Assembly: GCA_036172245.1 (NCBI GenBank)
Contig: JAYWIR010000002.1
Span: forward strand, 1,612,001 to 1,676,000
Reading direction: 5' to 3'
Origin: Raillietiella orientalis
Taxonomy: Eukaryota
DNA length: 64,000 bases
Shown here piece by piece: positions 53,601-64,000 of this stretch. The notes beneath the pieces were generated by a model. It ran no database searches and was not told the origin of the DNA. It saw nothing but the letters and a program-made list of their open reading frames with translations. Every line of letters starts with the position of its first letter. Positions within the stretch are counted from its first letter, which is position 1. The translations under genes and the position numbers were made by a program.

Positions 53601-55029
53601 TTCTGAATTGCTTTCATTTTCGTCTAATCTCGTAGTTTAGACTTCGTAATCAACAGAGTATCACTGTATGCAAGAAAAATTCTAGTGTGTACATCTGCGT
53701 CACAACATTCATTCAAACCTTCGCTAATAAATAAAAACAAATTGATTATCAATAAGGCAATAATGAAAAAGTTTTCATAAGACTGAAACGAAACACCTCT
53801 TGATCTGCAACTTTCGTTGCAGATCAACAGGAAAGTGAAAATGATCATTCACTTGGCATCTAATAGTTCTTGGAAGATGTGAGCAGTTCTGTTGTAAGCT
53901 GGAGTACCGGCAGTTTAGATCATGCGCAGAACTGTAAGAAAAAAAAAAAAAAAAGTGCCGAAAGCTTCAAAGATAAGGGAGCCCGATACAGCTTTTATCG
54001 GACTTTTGACTAGAACTTAATTGGGGCTTGAGTGTACTTGGTATCTCCCTGAATTAGCAGAACAGAACAGACTTTTTGTACTTTGGAGTGCTCAGAAAGG
54101 AAATCCGTTGAGAATAGCTTCCTCGTCCGTTTTCCTCCTGGATTCCAACCCTAATTTTTGAAGAGTTCAAACAAGAAACAAACTCATGTCTTGGACAGAA
54201 AGATTGCATCTTTCTTGCAGAGTATCTGCAATGAAAAAAGATTTCTAAATAAAAGTCGCAGCCTTTAAGTTCAAGAATTAATTACTCACTATTATTTTAA
54301 GTACGATTACTTATTTACTTCGGAGTTTGAATTGCAAAAAAGAGCGGGTTGAATAAAAGTGGGTAATGAGATCCAGTGTCCGGTAGGCGGAATACAGGAG
54401 ACATAACTGCATCATAAATGTTTTAGATGAGGTGTTCCACTTCTCTATATTGTTCTTCTATCCTTTCCCACGAATTCTTTTTTGATCGACTGCTTTGAAA
54501 TGGCTTTTAAATACAGATGTCGGATTGATACCGTGATGCATGTAGCACTAGAAAGAACAAATGGGACAGTGGCTTTTACTTCAAATACGCTGTCCTAGAA
54601 GATGAATCACTGATTCTTGAAACCCCCAGAATTTGAGTTTTGCGACTCCAGAAAACGTTTTTCTCTTCGGTACAAAGATATCAGTGATTTAGACCAGCTT
54701 TATTACCGTAGGAGGTTCGAATACATTTTCTCCAATTCCTGATGATACACTACAAGGAAATCTCTCATTTACTGCAGCTGGATTTGTCCTCTTAATTTCC
54801 ATCTATCAATTCTGTTTGCAATCCGTTTGCAGCACATTCTGGATACCGAACGCTGAAGCGTATCTATGAAGACTCTTGTACATGGCGCAGCGATTTTCGT
54901 TTCTCAGACCGAGTTTCGTCCGTTGCATAGACGACCTTCTCTGACTCGATAATTACAAGAAGTCGCCCGAAACTGTGGTTGGAAGTTCCATTTTCTGGAG
55001 CACTTCGCGACCATTCAGTTTTAAGTATC

Positions 55030-55900
55030 TTGAAGTGTGTTGTCTCTGAAGAGTCCGATCTTTCTCGCGTTTGGTCTTTCTGTTTTCTTGAATTTGGCAC
55101 ATTGGTTTAGTTTCCAGAGTGAGGGTGTATCCCTACATCATGATAACGAGCGCTTCTTGTCGGCCTGTCCTCAAGCTGCTCAATGCTTAGAAGGAGTTCA
55201 GCAATGGTGCCCTGGTACATGAGAATGGATGTAACCGAACTCACAATTCAACAGAACCTATTGCCGATGATCGCACCCTGTTTCTTGATCTCTCCCCTCC
55301 TTGTGCTTTCCTTGTCGTCGAAAGAATGCTCTCACATGGGACTATCTTGACCGCTGCTATGGATTTCACTGAAAAGGAGTCCTCAGTTTTTCTACTCCAC
55401 AGACTCCTCAACAAGGCATGTGCTGCTATTACTAGATTATTCCTGTAGCTATCCTATTCTGCAGCACAACGTTGTTTAGAGTGAAAATGTACAAAAGGGA
55501 CAGGGGGCGAAATCGGCTGGAGGAGAATTCCCTCTTCCACGATCATATTCTTAGTGGCCTGCAGAAGGTTTATTGCATGGCCTATCTCTTCCCTTGCAAT
55601 GATCTGCAGGTTTCGCTTTCACGTGGCCACCCTTCAGCCACTGCTGCCTAGAGTCCTATTGTCGTTGGCCACTTTTCCGGCAAGGCTTGAAGCGACTGTC
55701 TCACACGACTCGTTTCAGCTTCGTACGTGAGTAAGAGAATCCGTCTCCTTGCTTCTCAGGAGCTGGAGATGTAGAAAGCTTCCTCGTGTAGAATAATCTG
55801 CCATTCGCACGTGGCTTTCAGCACGCCAGGACACATGACTACCACATCTTGCATTTCATCACGTGAAGGAGAAGATGCAAAGTTCGTATGGCTGGGGATG
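55030..55900 (+). mobile_element. Decayed non-LTR reverse transcriptase relic
   Basis: EGVQQWCP (cf. GVxQGxP) is followed about 20 codons later by tat-t-gcc-gat-gat-cgc-acc-ctg-ttt (YADD..LF with a 1-nt insertion). Many stops. Confidence 0.4.
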
Positions 55901-56726
55901 TTGCAATTGATTATGTCCGTCTTGGAGATGAGGACTTGACAGAAAGCTTTGAAACCAGTACCAACTTACCTGTCTCCAAGGTCACCACCATACGGCCTAC
56001 TGGAATGGAAGAGTCACTGTGGCTTTCGTTGCCAAAATTCAGTCCGTTAATAGCAGAACGTCCCCTAGACATTCAGAGGTCGATGAGATGCAAGAGGGGC
56101 CATCTACCGTTGACTTCCAAGCGAAAGAGTGATCCAGAGCTGGATGAAAGTTTTCAAAGTATTCATTTTGCTCCACAGAACAAATGCAAAGACGTATTTT
56201 TGGATGCACTTGTTCCACGGTCTTCAAGAACGGGCTGACCTTAACGGATCGCCCGTGGTATCCCTCACGCTCGACAGGCAACGGAGGGAGATCATGAAAA
56301 TCAAAAACTTCGCACGTACAGAACTGGATGAGACTAGAATGCGACTAGAAAGTGCATAACAGGGTTGCACAGAGGAACCCCGCATGAAGATAGCGGGGAA
56401 AGCAGTTGGTGAAGGCAGCAAGAGATTGAATTCGGGAACGTAAAAAAAAAGAATCTTGTCGACGTCGGTTCGGAAGTTCAGGTGCAAAAGCAGCGCGCTG
56501 AGAGTCCGGGCAGATGAGGATGGGCCATCAAGTTTTTTCCCGGATTCTCAGAATCTTTTGTTCAGGGATTCAGTGTTGAGGCGCATACCAAGGACTATTG
56601 ATTTGAATCCATAAACAGCATGACAAAGATCCTGGAATGATCACAAATACATCAACAAAACCTATAGGTGAATAGAAGTACTATTTTTCATTTCAACCGG
56701 CAGCCCGAGCTTTCCATGAATTAGGG

Positions 56727-57005
56727 TAGCGTTTGCAACTATTTTCCGCGAAACACTGATGTTCTCCGGAAAGACAATAAGTGTTCTATAAAAAATTATG
56801 GAAATTAAGTGCTACTGAGCTTATTTTACTATTTTCATGTGTTTTCTTATACATAATTAAAATTCGAGACTAAATGTTCGTTTTGTTTTCTAAACTCTTA
56901 TATTTATTATTACTATCTACCTGTTCTATGAAATAACCAAGGTATTCCGTCAAAATTTCAGGATTTGTGAAGTGTTCCGTCATAGGAAAAGTTTGGGAAA
57001 CGCTG
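56727..57005. mobile_element. hAT (Charlie/Buster-like) non-autonomous element (MITE), about 279 bp
   Basis: The left end tagcgtttgcaact..ttccgcgaaacac and the right end gttccgtc..agtttgggaaacgctg form imperfect terminal inverted repeats. The flanking 8-mers aattaggg and aaccaagg are a possible decayed target-site duplication. Confidence 0.55.
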
Positions 57006-59399
57006 AACCAAGGAAAGGAAGGATTCCATTCAGCACTTTACTTTAACAATTTTCAGAAACAGATCCAAATTCAGCCATGGAAGCTTGCGTCAAAGATCCA
57101 AGTACAAGAAAAAGGATGGCAGCGCTCATTTTTGCAAACATAAGGATGTGACCTCTTTTCTGTAAACCCCATTTCCAGTTTCCATTTTGATACACCTCTG
57201 TCCCATCATCTTATCTTGTGCACATTCTATCTTTATTTATGTGTTGTTTCACATGGATGGACATCACAAAGGCCAAGCAAACCAGCCTTAACCGGACGAA
57301 AGTGAAAAGAATGCAATACTGCTTTTATCGGCTTCATGAAGAAGCATATACACTGAAGGAAACACAAGTGCACATCTCCTCACAAGAAGAAACACATTGT
57401 GGCTTGGGAGGAAAAAAAAATAATGATAATATCCGGGTGTATTTTAATCTCTACTTTAACATAAAGGTGTTTTTCACATCAGTTTAAAAACGAAATCAAG
57501 AGATAGTCGTCCGGCAAAGTTAGACAGTGGTTTGAATTTAGTCCCGTAAACGGAACTACTAAATTTAAACGGCAAATGCAGATTGTGAAATTTAAAATTC
57601 ATTCAAGCTTTCTAGAAATCGTAATGTTCTGATTCTGTGAACATTAATCGAGACGATATTAGCATGCTCCTTAGGTCACACAAGCAAGAACCTATTTTTT
57701 CTTTTTTGGAATGAGTTAGTTTTTAAAAGACGGAAAAATTGTGATAACCAATTGCATATCATGGAAACAAAAATGGCAGTGTAAAAAAATCTTTGCAAAA
57801 ATTGCAAAGCATTTAGCGAAATTGAGGGAAAATGTTTTCCATTGTGACCTCTCGGCATTGAAAATCCTCGTTGTAACCATATGGTACAAAGATGAGTGTA
57901 GAAATATGAAAATTTCAAAAGCCGTAACTGGTATCCCTATGAAGTGTACACCTTTTTCAATACTGAAACCACTCTGACTTGAACCGGATGCGATGATGAC
58001 GGTGCTGATGCAACTGAGGAAACAAATTATGGCTTCATCCTGCGAGTTTTTGCGACTCTTTAATAGTTTATTCCATTCATGTGATGTCTTACAAGGTTTT
58101 CAAAATAAAAGCAACCTGAAAATACAGAAAGCATGTAGCACGAGCCAGACTTCATGGATGTTTAAAATTTTCACTTCGCTTCACTTTTGGCCTTCATCTT
58201 TGCATGATTTTGTTTTATAACTCACTTGGAGCTCACAAAACAATTTACAGAAAACATTTTAAAGAAACTCTTGTTATTTCTGTAAATTCCAATGGCTCAT
58301 CATATGAAAGAGAAGTTCAGCAAAAGCTTCGGAAGAAATCTACGTCCTTCCACATTTTCTTTTTTTATAATTAATCACTGCAGATCATGGACCTTTTTTT
58401 CAACTACTGTTTCATAGTTTTTCCTCCTGTCAATTTATTTAAAATTCTCACAAACAGATCCACATCTTCCTTATGACTGTTTCCCTCCTACTGCTGTGTT
58501 ACCCCAATCTCTTCGGTTCTCTAGGAGATCTCTTCGACTCCTCGATCAGATTGTTGTTTGAACTGGTGCTTTTTCTTTTTCGAACACCACACAAAAAGGG
58601 TTCAGCGTGCTCCAGATCCATGTAGAGAAATCCATGTTTAATTTTGAAATGTTCAAATTTCAATCTGTTCGCTTCTTTGATTTCTGTTATATAGGACTAT
58701 GTGTTACAAAATTTCTCAGGAGAATTGGCAGAAATGACCTCTTTTTGGAAATCGGTTTTGCGATTTATGCACTGTATGATAAAAGACTAATTTGTGTACT
58801 TAGCAGAGTATGATACCTGTACTCTTTCTAAGCTACAATTTTCAGATAAGCGTAATTAATTATAAGAGCGCGGTGGACTTTCAACTGTACTGGGAGAGCA
58901 GAAACACGGAAGATGAAAAGAAAAAAAAATAACTATATAATCTGCAAACACATGGAGTAGTGATACCTGCATAGTACGAAGATACAAAATTGCAAAAAAA
59001 AAAATACAATGAATACATCAAAATACTTAATATTTACGTATTTGATAATTCTTTTCAAGTCGGTGCTTTTTTGTATACTCTTTTTTCAGAGCTTCTGTAT
59101 ACATTTGATGCAAAATAACTTCACAGTATATAAGTGAAATCTTAGTGTTATTATACCTAGAAGGCAAATCTTCTGCTTGAGGGAACTGCACCATGTGGGA
59201 TGAGCTGCGTATTCATACTTTTGTCTTCCCCTTCAGGGCTTTCCAATTTGCTTTTTTAAGCGTTTCCTCACGATCTTTTCCTTTACTAAACTCACCGGTG
59301 TTTGAAATGTGGGCACTTCCGCGTGTAGTCTCCTCTTTCGTTTTAAGTGGATCTTCAGAAGCATTCTTCATATTGAGTTTTGTCTTCCTGAAACGGAAG

Positions 59400-59960
59400 A
59401 GAGGTTTCAAAATTCCAGAGGACAGAGGACGAAACGCCATCCCGCATACTAAACAGATGCAGGAAGCACGTTCCTCTAACGATGCAACGCCATGATTCGG
59501 TCCAAGAGATCATCAAGACAGCAGCGGAAGAGGCAAACTGGAGTCTTATCTCAAGCAACCGGAGAGTACCAGAAATCACTTCCAGCCTAAAACCAGACCT
59601 GGTTTTAGAAATAAGACCTTTAGAAAAAGAAAATCGAATAAGTGTGCTAGACTTCTGCTGCCCATATGAAAACGGAAAGGTGGCGTTCGGCACAGCCAGA
59701 AGAAACAAAGAGAAATATAAAGATACCGCACTGCAACTCGGAAGTAGTAGAAAACAAACAAAGGTACATACGATCACCGTCGGCTCTCTAGGAGCATGGG
59801 ATCCTGGTAATGAAGAAGTAATCCAGTACTTCCAGGAATACCGAAGAGAAAGCTTGTGGAGCCGAGACACCGGATGGTGGCCACCTGCATCCGGTACTCA
59901 AGCGCCATTTACGCAACTCACATGAAGAAGAAAAACGACAACCTCCTCGATCACTTAGAC
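59400..59960 (+). mobile_element. 3' fragment of an RLE-clade non-LTR retrotransposon (NeSL/Utopia-like)
   Basis: ETPSRILNRCRKH..RHD, LKPDLVL..VLDFCCPYE, KEKY and VGSLGAWDPGNE, then after a frameshift RMVATCIRYSSAIYATHM. This is a degenerate zinc knuckle plus a PD-(D/E)xK restriction-like endonuclease. Confidence 0.85.
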
Positions 59961-61857
59961 AACGATCTCCCTCCAGAAGATTTCGAGCAAGTCAGCGAAG
60001 CCCCATGAGGAAAATATCAACTGCGGAAGACTATCCAGATCCCCTTGCTTACAAGATTTGTAATTCCACAAAACGAACAATAAAGTTTCTATTTTCGATG
60101 TGGACAAAACTTGCTGAGTTTCCACTCTTGCATTCAAACGCAATTGAAGATCAACTAAGCGTTCTAAGCATATCGCTCCAACAACTCTTCACTGTTAATT
60201 ATTTTCAAACCAGTTTTGCTCTGAGAATGCTTCAGTATCATGAGCTTCTTTACATGCAAACCCTAACCTAACTTGCATAGTTTCATACATACTTATGACT
60301 GACTTTCATAAACTGCCGACGACATCCTGGTTTTTCTTCCAAAGATTTGCAAGCAGGCATTGTTCAACGCAATTATTTGATCAATCACCGTTTCTCTCAG
60401 AGTTAAAGTATCATTAGATTTATGCAGGTCCACACCCGCACAACCAACCTTTCTAAAAACACTGTCTGAGAGTCATCCATTCTATTTTGGGACCAAAATA
60501 CACGAGAATCTTCCTCAGGCAGATGCCTCGGTTTCTCTGGAAGAACGCGAGAGAATTTCAAAGTGCCTGAAGTGCTCTGTAGGTTCCATCCCAAAGATCT
60601 TTGGCTGCTGAAACACAGCAGCCAAAGATTCTTTGACTGATGTACTTAAACGATTGTTGATGATCACTTCAATTTTCGCGTGAACGCCTTTCAGATCAAG
60701 GCCGATTCCACCCAGTGTGGACACTGACCGTTGTTTTGAACCCTTTCTGCCACATTTTCCAGGCCAATTGCCTTTCTCCATTCCGCTTCAACTTCTGATC
60801 AAGGATGTTTATGCCGAAGATGAATGTCAACAAGCTAGTCTATAGTTTGGGACAATCTTCCACGTTCAGAGCTGAAAAAAATGGCCTCTTTAAATAGTGT
60901 CCTATGTATCCACTTGCCCATTGAGAATTGAACCATCGGACAAAAGTCTTGTCCAATGCACGTGGGCAAACAGCCTTGTTTTTCTGATAGTCCGTGTTAC
61001 AAGAACGTCTTGTTACTTGTTCTTCATTGCCTTACAATTACGAACAGTCTGTGCATCCATATTCAACCTCAATACAACTTCACTATCTCAAAAACTTTTT
61101 TTTCTTTTAATATCCTGGGTTGGTTACTTTGTTGATTACTTACATTTTGGGGTCAACTAACATCTCAAGATACCTAATTACGATCGGTGAAATTGAAAAG
61201 TTCACTAAAAACTAAAAAACAAGAAAAGCAGAACAATCTCCTTTCAGGGATTTTCTATGCTTTGACACCATCTAAAGCAAAAAACTCATGGACTGTTGCG
61301 AGTTTTCTCCAAAATTTGATTCAAGCCAAATTTTGGAAATAAATAGTAGCTCGATACTTTATTTGATAAATCTCTTTAAAATACTAGTGATTGATGAAAT
61401 GCCGCCAATACGTGATTACTACTGTTTTCATAACTTGACATCACATGGAACACAATTTGAAGAATGTCTAGCAGTGTTCTTGAAAAATACTGGCCCAGAA
61501 AATTGCATATGGCAAACACGGAAAAAGACACCATCAAAATTCATTTTTTGCATGACAGATTGACACTGAGAGGAGTGCAGCTAAGCACTGGAATTAAACA
61601 TCAACTGTCTACTCAATTGAAATGAAAATAAGTACGATTGGAGAAATTGATATATTAACATATGTAATGATAAATGAAATTAATGTACACAATTGAAGTC
61701 CACTTCTTTGATATGAAAGGAAGACTAGTTTCAGTTTTATCTGTTTCATAGAATGCTTGACATTGACTTTTTACATTTAAGTACATCATTTTTTTTCCTA
61801 TGCCAAAGCAACACAAAAAAACTTGCAAATGGAACAGCATTAATTTTCAGGACATTG

Positions 61858-64000
<2,143 letters not shown>

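Noticed and set aside
60400..60790. Gag-like fragment (QPKIFGMEPTEHFRHFE)
   Set aside because: Only a short resemblance, with no LTR or pol sequence nearby.

Overview
Eukaryotic (invertebrate metazoan, probably arthropod-like) nuclear DNA with very short GT-AG introns (about 40-60 nt). It holds eight protein-coding genes, all on the minus strand: GTPBP10, a Cys/Gly/Pro-repeat protein, MMS22L, CARS1, CCDC142, FAHD1, MED25 and the 3' part of CCDC186. Gene bodies are AT-rich and CpG-poor. They alternate with GC/CpG-rich blocks of decayed mobile DNA: Penelope-like relics, two 3' ends of an I-group-like LINE, two copies of an unclassified repeat with an internal ~41-nt tandem array, a NeSL/Utopia-like RLE fragment and a hAT-type MITE. 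The points most worth checking are: (1) a C/D-box snoRNA candidate with no target I can recognise, in a MED25 intron; (2) FAHD1, whose introns are about 1.8-4.4 kb, whose third exon lies in a GC island, and whose intron 3 carries a decayed copy of the neighbouring CCDC142; (3) the 121-nt FAHD1-CCDC142 gap, together with the uniform gene orientation and AG acceptors just before several ATGs, which may indicate polycistronic or trans-spliced expression; (4) a G/T-skewed, apparently duplicated retroelement block with a hammerhead-like relic. Gene identities rest on my recall of family motifs, not database searches. I cannot demonstrate a wholly new biological system from the sequence alone.
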